This document shows, one piece after another, positions 25,521 through 38,441 of a DNA stretch of 64,000 bases (position 1 is its first letter; each line of letters starts with the position of its first letter). A program made the translations under genes and the position numbers. Source of the DNA: Magallana gigas. Its lineage: Eukaryota. The DNA is taken from positions 14,632,001-14,696,000 of the forward strand of contig NC_088854.1 of assembly GCF_963853765.1 (NCBI RefSeq), read 5' to 3'. The notes under the pieces were generated by a model, which had not been told where the DNA came from, ran no database searches, and was given only the letters and a program-made list of their open reading frames with translations.

Positions 25521-26235
25521 CTACAAGTATTCATGAAATGAATTATTATTGACATACCATTCGATATTTTTACCATATTATTGAATAAGGCTCGAACAAA
25601 GTTTGACTTTTAGCAAAACAGGGGATTTTGTTTTTTCACTGAAAATTTTTTGGTAGTACTGTAACATTCAAATTTAAGATTTCATTTGTTAGCCAACATA
25701 ATTTTGCAAATTTTCTGTTGGTTCTATCCTACTTTTTTCATTTGGATAATCGAAAGGCACACGCTACAAAAATACTGAAAAATGCTTAAAAACAATAAAA
25801 GACACCAAAATTTTGATCATTTCTCATATAAGTTTAATGCCTACAAAGTAAAGTCAAAATACCTAGTTTAATGCTATAAATGTTTTAGTATTATCATAAT
25901 TCAGTTTTCTGTTAAATTGAATCAAAAATAGGTAGGGATTTGGAAACTGATAGAGGAAATTCGAGCTGGAATATTTATAAATATTGTGAATGAAATCTTA
26001 ATGCTTTGTATCTATTCAGTGACACTGACATGCATAAACTGTATTTCATTTTCAAAAGAGTTTAGCAATTAATATTATTTTCACAATTAAAAAAATTTCA
26101 ATCATCGTGTAAAATTTTAAGGGATTATTCTGCAATTTTCAAAAGATATTCAATGGCCATTAACTCAAAAAGTAGGCCATTGACCTATTTTTTAAAAAAA
26201 AAGAATAGCACTACCAGGATATGTCTTTAACACAT

Positions 26236-26704
26236 TATAGTCTGTCCCAAGATATTTATGCTGCACATTTGGACGATTTTTAATAAAAATACACTTACCT
26301 GTGAAAGAAGTGCAATTGAAATAGTTGAAAGGGATATTTTCCAAGATAATTTCATTGACACATTATCATCTTTCACTCGGAAAAATTCACAGGAACGAAA
26401 ACAGATTCCTTACGGAGATTTATAATGGGGAATGTTTACATTTTTGTCCATTCGGAATACACTCGGAATACATCGCGCAATATTTCAACGTTATCATCCG
26501 GGCTTGCTGCAATACAAAATCTCCGTAGACATAACATTTTTTAGCATTGTATTGAAACCTGATAAGCTAACAGGGGCGTTTTGACTGAGAAATCTTGGAA
26601 ATTTTTCATACTTTTGAATGAACATCGTTTGAATCCTGAGGTATTTATAAATATCAAACAATTAATCCAAACGTGAATCCAAAATATCTTGGGACAGAGT
26701 ATAG
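26236..26704. mobile_element. TA-flanked MITE (Tc1/mariner-like ends)
   Basis: tatagtctgtcccaagatattt and aaatatcttgggacagagtata: 22-bp inverted termini with 1 mismatch. Confidence 0.65.
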
Positions 26705-29600
26705 ATGGTTTTTCATTATGATCAGCGGATTTTTTTTTCATTCTGAGTAAACTGGCAGTACTTGCTTCTACGGGTGGTCTTCAGGCGGATTTCAATCTAA
26801 ACACGCAAGTGCACCTTACGATTTTGGAAGGACGTACGCTTCCCTTAAGCACGCACAGTGGCTGTTGGACATGCACAACAATCACCACGGTTTCCTTGCG
26901 AGAGCTGAAAACGTACGCTGCACTTGCACTTCACTCAAGGAACCCGTAAGATGACCGTACGATTTGAATTGCACGAATGACGTAAGGAGATCTCACGTTC
27001 CTTGCGTTATACGCACGTTGACTGCAAGTCGCATGTGTTCACCATCAACATTTAAATTGAACGCACAGTAAACGTACGTCACACTTACGTCATGCATACA
27101 CCAATTGTTCGTACATCAATTGTGATTATGAATATAATCCACATAAGGATAAGAGAATCAACAGTTTTACCATTCATCAAAATCAAATCAAAGTTTCTAG
27201 CTTTAAACCCATTTCTAAAAACAAAATCAAACAAACAAATACGTTCGTTTTGACTAAAAGATGGAAGGCAAAGAAGAACAGGACAAGATGTAACTGAATA
27301 TTGAAGTACATGTAGATATTAGAAGTAGTAGAAGTACAGAAAATGCATTAGTGTTCCGGATTTCCGATGGCACGGATATTATGATATAAATTTTAGACCA
27401 TCAAAGAGTTCAAAAACCACGCTTCTTCCATTTTATCCGGAAACTTTTTTATTAACATCAAAGTGAAAACCTGTCCGCTTAAACATTCAATATCCGGAAA
27501 TCTGGTCTGATAGAAAGAGACTGTCGTATAGTACATTAGATTTCCATATCACTTCGGCCTGCAAGCGTGCTAAGATAGAACCATATACATTTTCGAAATA
27601 AGAAAAGAAAAATGATCTGTACGTGCAGAATGATATTTGTAACTTATTAAAAACCAACTACACAAAAACATTAACATATCCTACTGGAGGAAGTTGTTGT
27701 TTTCGTGAGTATGGTAGTTTGGTTTTAAACAGAATGCTTTCTCTATTTTGAAAATATTGATTATCATCTCATATGACCATTAAAACTTATTAAAAATGTC
27801 TTCATTATTGTATCATCAAAATAAGAATAGCTAGTCTAATTAAAAAAGAAGCAATTACAGAACAATAGTCTTCTTTCTTTCTACGTGTCAATATTTACTT
27901 GCTTATAATAGATAAATATAATAGATAGATAGATAAATAAAAAAAATAGCAAAAGTATCTTTAAAGAAATCTTTCATTTTTCTCCTTGCTTCAATTTCAT
28001 TTGTATTTCTTTGGCAGGTATGTGTATTTTTGTTAACATTCGTCAAAAGTAACGGAAAAATTAACCTGCAACAGAGTACAGGCGAAGAAGAGAACTTTTT
28101 GAAAGGACCAAGTGTGTTTTTCATGTGTTTCGAATTTTTTGCTTAACTTTGACATTGCAAATCATCATAAAATAAACAGATTTTAATTTATTACTATTAT
28201 ATACATCTAGCAAGAGAGTCTGAAATGCATGCTCACTTGTTAAAGAAATAATGTTACACATCGTAAACCACGGCCAGTATGCACCGTCTTCTCCATCTGG
28301 CAATATATATGAGAAAGCAATGCGAACTCCGAACCGTGGCTTAACGAGGCCGGGTCTAATATGTTCTGCCCTAGATTTTTGAATGAATTTCTACTGTTTT
28401 CTAATTATTACTTTAAGTTAAAACAAAAAGACATTTACCATATCATTTGTTTAAGGGGTCATCTCAAAGTTTGTCAATTTATAACATAGGACCCTATGGG
28501 ATTTTGCTTGAAATTTTTCAATTTTACACAAATTTTTACGATTTTTAAAAACTTCTGCTCTAGGGATTTCTTTTTCTGTTTAAACATATTTAAGTTATTG
28601 CTAAAAGGCATCAAATGGTCAAAAAAAAAACCTTTTACCTCCTGGTTTGTTCCAGGGGTCTTATCAAGGTTGTTTTTTATATACCCAATTTCCCAGGTTT
28701 GTCAGATAATGGCTATTTTTTATTTGACAAAGGCGGAAATGGTGATCTTTATAGTATTATTAAAACATTCAGACACATTTAATATAACATCACATATTAA
28801 GGGGCAATAATATCAAATACATGGTTACTGTCTTGAAATAAATGAATTAAGCTATATTTAGGCGGGTTAAGAAAACGTGACAGAGGGCTAGGCTTGCTGA
28901 ACCCTCTTCACGTTTTCGACCCGAGGCCAAATATTGTAATAGCATTTATGTTTCTTCCACAATATAATATCAATTTTACGCATCAAACGAGCTATTTTCA
29001 ACGAATTTCGCTAAATATATGCAGTTTAAACTATCACGCCATGGCGTCAACCAAGCAAAAAGATAACGTCGCAATACAAATGAAACGCTGCGTGAAAGCG
29101 TACGTACTCGATCTCTACTCGGCCTCGTTATGGTCAAGATCTAGTAAATGAAAGGTGCGTACAGGTTTTTGAAATTCAATATATAAATTATTTTAATGAT
29201 GCTTCATAAAAATATCTTTTATTCATAGTGTGTACCGGGGCTTAAATTTTTGGTAAACAAATAAAAAAACATGTTGTAAACAACCATTTTCTATGAAATA
29301 TGAAGGATAAAAGAAACAAATCTCGGAGTTTTGTTCATTTTTGACCAATGAAATATATCTAGAATGCCTACAGTCTCTCCAAAAACGGCATTAAACAAGC
29401 TCTTGACCCCCTCTTTAAAATGATGCCAAATTGAATACAGGTACCGGGATTACTTTTCCCATGATTAAATATAGAATGTCAAAATATTGTTTTATTTTCT
29501 ACATATTTTTAAAGCTGTAAAGTACAGGAAAAGACTCATCAAATCAATAATGATATCATAATGGTTCTAGCACCAAAAAGACACTCTGGAATCATTTACT

Positions 29601-29970
29601 TAAGGAATGAATTCAATATTTATTAGTTTTATACGATATAAAATGGTTTGGGACAGTCTACGTTTTATAAACCGCGAAGCGGTTTATAAAAAATCGTAAA
29701 CTGTTCCAAACCATTTTATATCGTATAAAACTAATAAATATTGAATTCATTCCTTATAATTTAATTTTTTTGCTATCATTTGTTGATAAAAAAACAGTCA
29801 TTTGATCTATAAATTTACATCAAATTGTACAAAATTCAAACGTAAAGTCAGGCGGATTGATACGTTTTTGACGTTAGTCTTACTTTGACCTAGGCAACAC
29901 TCTTTATACGATATAAAATAAATTTTTCAACCAATCAGAAAGCATGTTACAACCAGAATTAAATTATTTA
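29601..29970. mobile_element. Palindrome-headed repeat, Crypton-like non-autonomous element (tentative)
   Basis: 156-bp near-perfect palindrome at 29601-29756 centred on GC-GAA-GC. Its downstream segment (gtcaggcggattgatacgttt...caaccaatcag...accagaatt) resembles 18985-19110. Confidence 0.5.
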
Positions 29971-30537
29971 AGAAATGAAGATAATAATTTTTCTATTGAT
30001 CGACGTATCAAAATAAAAAAATGTGAAGTTTCATTGATCAAAAATGTAAATAATGTAAATGAAGCGGCGCGAATGAATACAAAACAACAACAGCAACACT
30101 ATGCAAAATGAATGCGCCTTCAGCTGATGCAGAGCTATTGAGCTGAATTTAATGGATTAAACACAAATAGTGAGTTAAAATCTGAACCGGCTGAATTGAA
30201 AACGAAATACATGCGATAGCTTGTGATATTATTCAATTTGCAGAAAGAATCGTTAAAACTGGTTTTCATGCAAGAAGAGGCGATCGTGGACGAAAATAGT
30301 TGATAGGTCGACAAAAAAGAGTATGTATAAGCGACTCTTGTAAACGTTGTGGTAACTAGACAGTCAATGATGTACTTTGTTGACAGTGTTTCTTTTGGAA
30401 ATTCCCGTTCTATAAATAGTGTTAAATCAGAACAGATGAGAAAAGTAGATCCGGCAAAAATTTTATTGATGCAGGTATCAAAGAAATTTTTCGACCATTC
30501 AGAAGCGCCGATATCTCATCAAACGAATAAATATTAA

Positions 30538-31148
30538 AGCTGCTTGGTCCGATTTTGTATCAAATTTTATGCACCCTTTTAAACGATGGTTATGCTTAGT
30601 ATATGTATAAAAATAGGCATTGCAGTAGTTTTCCAGTCAATCAAGCCATATTTCAATGAAGAAAAATACGTACAAAATTTGCTAACAAAACAAACGACAT
30701 AAAAGGGTACCGCGTTATTTCGCCTCATGTTAAATTTCACCCTTGACGACGAGCCGGGTATGGTTGTGTTACGACTTTGACATCGCTTTAAATAAAGGTC
30801 GAAATGATCAGACAAATTACAAATAAACATGTGTACGTTTTGTTCGCCAATATTTCTGAAGTCTGCTTTCTTTACAATCAATGCATAGCATGCGGGTTGG
30901 ATAACCCAAATCATTCGGGGGACGAAACGAAGCGGTTTCCTTTTCTAAACATTCCCGTGATGCATTTTGGTTTGTTTTTTCGTTTGCCCAAAGAGAAATT
31001 ATTTTTATTTACTTTGAATATTTCTAACTTTGAAAGGAGACTGATTCTGCTGGTGTAAATAGGAGAAAGTCCATAACTTTCTAAGATAAATGGCTTGTAT
31101 GGAAAAAAATATGATACTGTATTAACAAAAAAATCGGACCAAGCAGCT
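30538..31148 (+). mobile_element. Kolobok-type non-autonomous DNA transposon, copy A (611 bp)
   Basis: TTAA|AGCTGCTTGGTCCGATTTT ... AAAATCGGACCAAGCAGCT|TTAA. TTAA target duplication with AG..CT termini. Confidence 0.85.
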
Positions 31149-31999
31149 TTAAGATTTGACTACTATTGCAACTACAACAATGGCTTGCAACAGGTCTTTT
31201 AATCTCCGCCTTCTCCCCAAATAGCGAGGGGCTCTTAAATTCACGATGTCGATCCATGTAATTTCACAGCTAGTTTTCAAAATAAAAATATTATATTCAA
31301 TATGAGACCTAAATCACAGCTCTTGAAGGAATATAAACATTGCAGATAAAACAAAATGGAGAAAAATCTATCTATAGAAAATGTTGGAGGTTCATGGAAA
31401 CAGCTTACTATTTGAATTATACAATTCGTAACGGTAGCTATATTTAGGGAACTAACTGTTTGTTTAATCTGCAAGCACCCCGCTCATTACATCCCCGTTT
31501 CAAGGAACTTTTAAAAATGAATGAATAAACTACCTTTTCAAAAATTTAACACAAATTTTCTCTTGTCCATGATGATATTTAGTAACAACTAAAATTCTTT
31601 CACAAATCTCTACTTACCCTAAAATACCGTAGAAGCGATTGCAGTTGAAATTCCTGGGTATATGAGCCTGTCTAAGGGAATCTAGCAGAATGCGAAATTT
31701 AACCTTCTCTGCTTTTACGCAAAGTCACCCAAGTGTAATGTCCAATAGACAAACTTAAAGTTCTTTTTGCACACAAAATGTAAACGCATCTACACTTGGC
31801 TAGAATATTATATAAATGACAGAAACCTGCTGGGCGATACTAATACTATGTCAAATATCGTTTACCAATCAAATTGAACGTGCGCTGTTTATCTCGAGAT
31901 GAATTCATTTATATGGCGACGTGGATGTACAAACTGTTGGCGAAAAACAACAAATCACTTCAATACGCTTCCGATTAAGAATTAATTGGTAAAGACTCC

Positions 32000-32520
32000 A
32001 TAACCTCAATTTGAGGCGTGGAAATATTTTTGGTGATTCATGCAGGTATGAAGGTAGCGAGCGTTGCAGAAAAATACGTATATAACCCGCGTTTGCGACA
32101 GGAATAGTGACGTCATAACAGTAGACGACTTGGGAATTCCCAAACGAAAATCGTTTCAAGCCACGGTCTGGAGGATTAGTATTATCTTGCAAACGCTAAT
32201 AATCTTAATTTTAGGCGTGAAATTATCCCTGGTGATTCATGCGGGTATGAAGGTAGGGGGCGTTGAGGAAAAAATACGAATATAACCCGCGTTTGCGACA
32301 GGGATAGTGACGTCATAACAGCAGAACACAGGGAATTCCCAAACAAAAACCGTCTCACGCAACGGTTTGTAAAGGCACAATCACCTTAATTTGAGGCATG
32401 AAAATATTTTTTGTGATTCATTCGAGTATGAAGGTAGCGAAAGTTGCAGAAAAATGCGTATATAAGCCGCGTAAGTGACAGAGACAGTGACGTAATAACA
32501 GTAGAAAACTAGGGAATACT
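32000..32520. repeat. Degenerate tandem repeat, about 180-200 bp, 3 copies
   Basis: gtgattcat..gtatgaaggtag..tataacccgcgtttgcgacag..agtgacgtcataacag recurs from about 32030, 32230 and 32410. Confidence 0.8.
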
Positions 32521-32549
32521 CAAATCAAGGTCAAGATCTAATCATTTAA

Positions 32550-33160
32550 AGCTGCTTGGTCCGATTTTTTTGTTAATACAGTATCATATTTTTTTCCATA
32601 CAAGCCATTTATCTTAGAAAGTTATGGACTTTCTCCTATTTACACCAGCAGAATCAGTCTCCTTTCAAAGTTAGAAATATTCAAAGTAAATAAAAATAAT
32701 TTCTCTTTGGGCAAACGAAAAAACAAACCAAAATGCATCACGGGAATGTTTAGAAAAGGAAACCGCTTCGTTTCGTCCCCCGAATGATTTGGGTTATCCA
32801 ACCCGCATGCTATGCATTGATTGTAAAGAAAGCAGACTTCAGAAATATTGGCGAACAAAACGTACACATGTTTATTTGTAATTTGTCTGATCATTTCGAC
32901 CTTTATTTAAAGCGATGTCAAAGTCGTAACACAACCATACCCGGCTCGTCGTCAAGGGTGAAATTTAACATGAGGCGAAATAACGCGGTACCCTTTTATG
33001 TCGTTTGTTTTGTTAGCAAATTTTGTACGTATTTTTCTTCATTGAAATATGGCTTGATTGACTGGAAAACTACTGCAATGCCTATTTTTATACATATACT
33101 AAGCATAACCATCGTTTAAAAGGGTGCATAAAATTTGATACAAAATCGGACCAAGCAGCT
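32550..33160 (-). mobile_element. Kolobok-type element, copy B (611 bp, inverted relative to A)
   Basis: Same TIRs and TTAA flanks. The reverse complement matches copy A wherever compared, and the incidental ORF translations are identical. Confidence 0.85.
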
Positions 33161-33865
33161 TTAAGCTTTTTAAAATTTACTCTTTGTTGATGAGAGATTA
33201 TATTCGTACATGTACCACAAGCGAGCTTTTGAGAAGATTTTTAATCGATTTTATTATTCAAAATAAACTGACATTATGAGATATCTATGGATTTTTCAAA
33301 CTTTATGCACGCCTATATTTGCAATGCTAATTTGTAACCCCCCCCCCCCCCCCCAATGAAGAGTCATGATGTTTTTAATATCTCTGTCGATAAGTCTTTC
33401 TGTTGTCAACTACTTTAATAATTGACTATAAAACTTGAACCTTAGGGAGCAAAGTTTTCTGTCTTGCAATATTATTTAACTAGAAGAACCTTTTCAAGAA
33501 TTTAGAGGTAAAAGACACTGCGTCCACCTGTTTATTAATCCGTGATTTAATTGCTTTATAGCATTAAAACTCTAACGGAATTAGCATAATTCATCTTCAA
33601 TATATGTATCGAATAAATTAGTATTTTCCTATATTGATAGGAAGTATGAATTCATGTTATTGTATTGAACTTTTATCTGTGCCTTTTATTCTTGTGTGTT
33701 AAGTCACAAATTTGCAATATTTTGGGGCATAGATATAAACAGACATCTTATATTGGAAATCCTTTTATAACACAATTTTATATATCTTTAAATACATAAG
33801 CGTATTAGAAGTACATGTACGCATGCTATTATTTATGAAATAAACCTTTCATTTCCGCATTGTCA

Positions 33866-36590
33866 GAAAACCACTGCCAGTCGCTCATTCTCTTATTACG
33901 TAATCAAGACTGACCATCGGTTTTCTACAACGTACCAGCAGAATCAGTCTCTTTTCAAAGTTGGAAATATTCAAAGTAAATAAAAATAATTTCTCTTTGG
34001 GCAAACGAAAAAACAAACCAAAATGCATCACGGGAATGTTTAGAAAAGGAAACCGCTTCGTTTCGTCCCCCGAATGATTGGGGTTATTCAACCCGCATGC
34101 TATGCATCGATTGTAACATTTATCAATTCATTTACATATTGTTTCGATTTGCTTGATTTTCTTGTCTGTTATTTAATTGATTGAATGTATTTGTCTGTGC
34201 GTGCACGTACATCCGTGTGCGTGTGCATACGTGCGTATTTCATCCCCCCCCCCCATCTTAAAAAAACCCTACATATTTGGAGGGTACATATACAGGTGTT
34301 TGAGGTTGCCAAAAATCACTATTTAAAATTTAAGATAGATTCCTCGAAATTATATATATAAAAAAGTACTAAATATGTCTCTAAAGGGAAAAAGCACCAG
34401 ATAACCTTAAACTTTGATGGCAATTATCATGTTGGAGTAGGAGTGATAATGAATTTGTTCCATTTTTCTCAGCGAATTTTCCAGAACCTAATTTGAAATG
34501 CTTTGCTACATGGTCACTGAGGGAAAGATAGGAATCTCTATTGAAAAACTGAACACTATTTATAACAAAAGAATTGACCTAAAGGAGAGATCGATCCCTC
34601 GAAAAAAATCACTTTTGAAAATCAAAGTTTATTTGATATTTTTACCGTACATATTTCTATATATTTTCGTTTAAAACCTAGCATATTGCGCTTGTAATTC
34701 AAAAATTAGCCTTGAAAATTGGCTAAAATAATTTTTTTGCAGTAAAACGGTCTATTTCTGCATGAAGTTTGGCCTAGAAATCCATCAAGGCAGGCCTACC
34801 CCTAAAACAATTAAGATATTTTGATAAGATTTGATCAAAGATATAGGGGCACTCCTGTCCTGAGGTCAAAATTTGCAAAATAAACATACGAAAAACCACA
34901 GCCAGTCGCTCATTCTCTTATTACGTATTCAAGACTGACCATCGGTTTTCTACAACGTATTTCCAGGTTCTATTTATTAATTCATTTACATATTGTTTCG
35001 ATTTGCTTGATTTTCTTGTCTGTTATTTAATTGAGTGAATGTATTTGTCTGTGCGCGCACGTACATCCGTGTGCGTGTGCATACGTGCGTATTTCATCCC
35101 CCCCCCCATCTTAAAAAAACCCTACATATTTGGAGGGTACATATACAGGTGTTTGAGGTTGCCAAAAATCACTATTTAAAATTTAAGATAGATTCCTCGA
35201 AATTATATATATGAAAAAGTACTAAATATGTCTCTAAAGGGAAAAAGCACCAGATAACCTTAAACTTTGATGGCAATTATCATGTTGGAGTAGGAGTGAT
35301 AATGAATTTGTTGTTCTATTTTTCTGAGCGAATTTTCCAGAACCTAATTTGAAAAGCTTTGCTACATGGTCACTGAGGGTAAAGATAGGAATCTCTCTTG
35401 AAAAATGAACACTATTTATAACAAAAGAATTGACCTAAAGGAGAGATCGATCCCTCGAAAAAAATCATTTTTGAAAATCAAAGTTTATTTGATATTTTTA
35501 CCGTACATATTTCTATATATTTTCGTTTAAAACCTAGCATATTGCGCTTGTAATTCAAAAATTAGCCTTGAAAATTGGCTAAAATATTTTGTTTGCAGTA
35601 AAACGGTCTATTTCTGCATGAAGTTTGGCCTAGAAATCCATCAAGGCAGGCCTACCCCTAAAACAATTAAGATATTTTGATAAAATTTGAATAAAGATAT
35701 AGGGGGCACTCCTGTCCTGAGGTCAAAATTTGCAAAATAAACATACGAAAAACCACAGCCGGTCGCTCATTCTCTAATTACGTATTCAAGACTGACCATC
35801 GGTTTTCTACAACGTATTTCCAGGTTCTATTTATTAATTCATTTACATATTGTTTCGATTTGCTTGATTTTCTTGTCTGTTATTTAATTGAGTGAATGTA
35901 TTTGTCTGTGCGCGCACGTACATGCGTGTGCGTGTGCGTGTGCATACGTGCGTATTTCATCCCCCCCCCCCCATCTTAAAAAAACCCTACATATTTGGAG
36001 GGTACATATACAGGTGTTTGAGGTTGCCAAATATCACTATTTAAAATTTAAGATAGATTCCTCGAAATTATATATATATAAAAGTACTAAATATGTCTCT
36101 AAAGGGAAAAAGCACCAGATAACCTTAAACTTTGATGGCAATTATCATGTTGGAGTAGGAGCGATAATGAATTTGTTGTTGTTCTATTTGTTAATTAATT
36201 TACATATTTTTTCGATTTGCTTGATTTTCTTGTCTGTTATTTAATTGAGTGAATGTATTTGTGTGCATTCGTGCGTATTTTCACCCCCCCCCTTTAAAAT
36301 CCTACATTTTTGGAAGGTACATGTACAGGTGTTTGATTGCTAAAAATAATTATTTAAAATTTAAGATAGATTCCTCGAAATTATATATAAAAAAGTACTA
36401 ATTATCTTACACTGAAAAGTCTCTAAACGGAAAAGCACCAGATAACCTTAAGCTTTGATGGCAATTATCTTATTTTATAGGAGTGATAATGAATTTGTTC
36501 CATTTTTCTAAGCGAATTTTCCAGAACCTAATTTGAAATGCTTTGCTACATGGTCAATGAGGGTAAAGATAGGAATCTCTCTCGAAAACT
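33866..36590 (+). repeat. Tandem array of an about 860-bp unit (2 full plus 2 partial copies)
   Basis: The unit start gaaaaccacagccagtcgctcattctc occurs at about 33866, 34890 and 35748. A diverged partial copy spans about 36177-36590. Confidence 0.88.
33934..34116 (-). mobile_element. Internal fragment of the Kolobok-type element embedded in the first 860-bp unit
   Basis: Matches 32643-32825 with about 5 substitutions. It has no TIR or TTAA. Confidence 0.85.
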
Positions 36591-37699
36591 TGTCATGTTG
36601 TAAATTTTGTATTTACTGCCACCCGGTAAATTCAAAATTTACAACATGACAGAAGAGGCCGGACCAGATTGTTTATCAATTGATCTGTAATTTGAAAACT
36701 GGGTAAATTGGGGTTGTGCGCACGGTTAATCGTATTTCCAAAGCTTAAAAGAAATGGACAATTTTGTTTAATCTTGGTGCAGGCAATCGCAGAGAGTACC
36801 CTTTATCAACGACAAGAAAATTGTTTGTTTCACGTAAAAGCAAAGGGATAGAAAAATTGAAAATGTATCTTATGCAGGCCATTGTGTCTGCAAAACTGAC
36901 ACTCAAATTGAAACCTCATGGAAAGATTTTAAACGATTTGGATACAATAAGTCAGCAACATAATTCCATCTCAAACCTGGGAAGGACTAGTTCCACAATG
37001 ACTCGAAGATGCAGACTTTGACGCAGGCCCTGCTGACTCGAGATCACCCCGGTATTCGACCTATTTCAATCTGTTAACATTACAAGTACATATAACTTTC
37101 AAGTTGGTGATGAGACCGGAAGTCTGCCTATCGCAGAAGTATGTTAGAAGACTGCAGTACAACAAAACTGTACATGTAACAGCAGAGATAACTGATGTCC
37201 TTATATTTTCAAATAAACAACCATGTGAACAACAACTTTTATCTAACACTTATTAAAGTTGATGTGGTTTATTTTTCATCTTCATTTGGCCGATGTTCAA
37301 TATCTTACCATTTCATGCAGAATTTCTTAAAACAAAGATTTTGAGTTTTCAAGCAGATATTAAATATACCACACTTTAAATGAACCCGACATATCACATG
37401 GACAAATGTTTGCCATGGTATCCAAGGTTAGCTATAGAGATGTCATATTACTTGTAAGCAAAACGTCGCATGTCCTGAAATGAAGAACGAAAATGATCAA
37501 TGTGAATAAATGTTATGTTGAATGGTGGTACAAGCGAACTATAGACGTTGAAATGATTCACAGGCTATGATTTAAAATGCCATATCCGGTTTTTTGTACG
37601 AATTTCATGAACCCATTCGGCAACACTAGTGGCGCAGGTTTTATATGTATTTTTTGTATTATCACAATCTAACCGAACCAATTTGATTTTAATTGTCAA

Positions 37700-37790
37700 C
37701 GTCATTGGATGGATTGCGTCACGTGATTGACTTATAAATTTCTTTACACGGCGGGCGTCACAATTCATACGGCAACATGGCGGACGTAAC
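37700..37790 (+). promoter_or_regulatory. Putative core promoter of T-box paralogue 2
   Basis: Clustered ATTGG, GCGTCACGTGA (CRE/E-box), TATAAAT (37733) and a YY1-like CAACATGGCGG about 650 bp upstream of the ATG. Possible UTR donor at about 37932 and acceptor at about 38422. Motif-only evidence. Confidence 0.3.
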
Positions 37791-38441
37791 GTTATTTGAG
37801 CTTATATTTTACACAACCGTACCTTTAATTTTTAAGCCCAAAAATATTTAGAGTGACCTCCTTTGCTTGTGACGTAATAAAACGATCCTATATACAATGG
37901 CATCCAGGTTTGCACAGACGACTGTCGAGAAAGGTACAAAATTAGAAAATAAGCCTTTTAATTTAATTGTTATATATTATCTTATATTGTTTACATATCA
38001 AACTTTAGGTCCTCGACAAAAACAAAACACTTACTAGGTTTGTTACTGACTGTTTACAGAAATTTGTGGTGTCGGTAAAGTCCATAGAAGGCTCGGCTCC
38101 ACCACGCCTTCTATGTGTATTACTTTCCATTTCCTACGTATAACAAAGTGTTCTAATTAGTACGTACAAATATTATTTTTCAGACTTAATTTTCTATATG
38201 TTTGAATGTCAAAAGAAAGAAGTTGAAACATAGGCTTCTAAAGAAAGATTTTCGTTAATAAGCGACTCATTTTTAATCCTTTTTTATTTTGTCTATAAAC
38301 ACTGGCATTACTCAATTTTTTTTCTTTTCATTTGTTCCATACGCAGTTGTGTAGTTTCTAATACCGTCTCTTCAAAGGAATAGCATCTTTTACATTTCTA
38401 CTTCACGTTGTTTTTTTAACTAGAAACAAGAATTCAGACTA

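Noticed and set aside
30579-33119. Identical 84-aa and 111-aa ORF pairs on opposite strands
   Set aside because: These are incidental frames inside two copies of the same non-autonomous element and show no protein motif.
36730-37060. Stop-interrupted frame containing IETSWKDFKRFGYN, faintly like Miro GTPase HETTW..LRRFGY
   Set aside because: The match is too short and flanking residues do not align. It may be a decayed coding relic but cannot be assigned.
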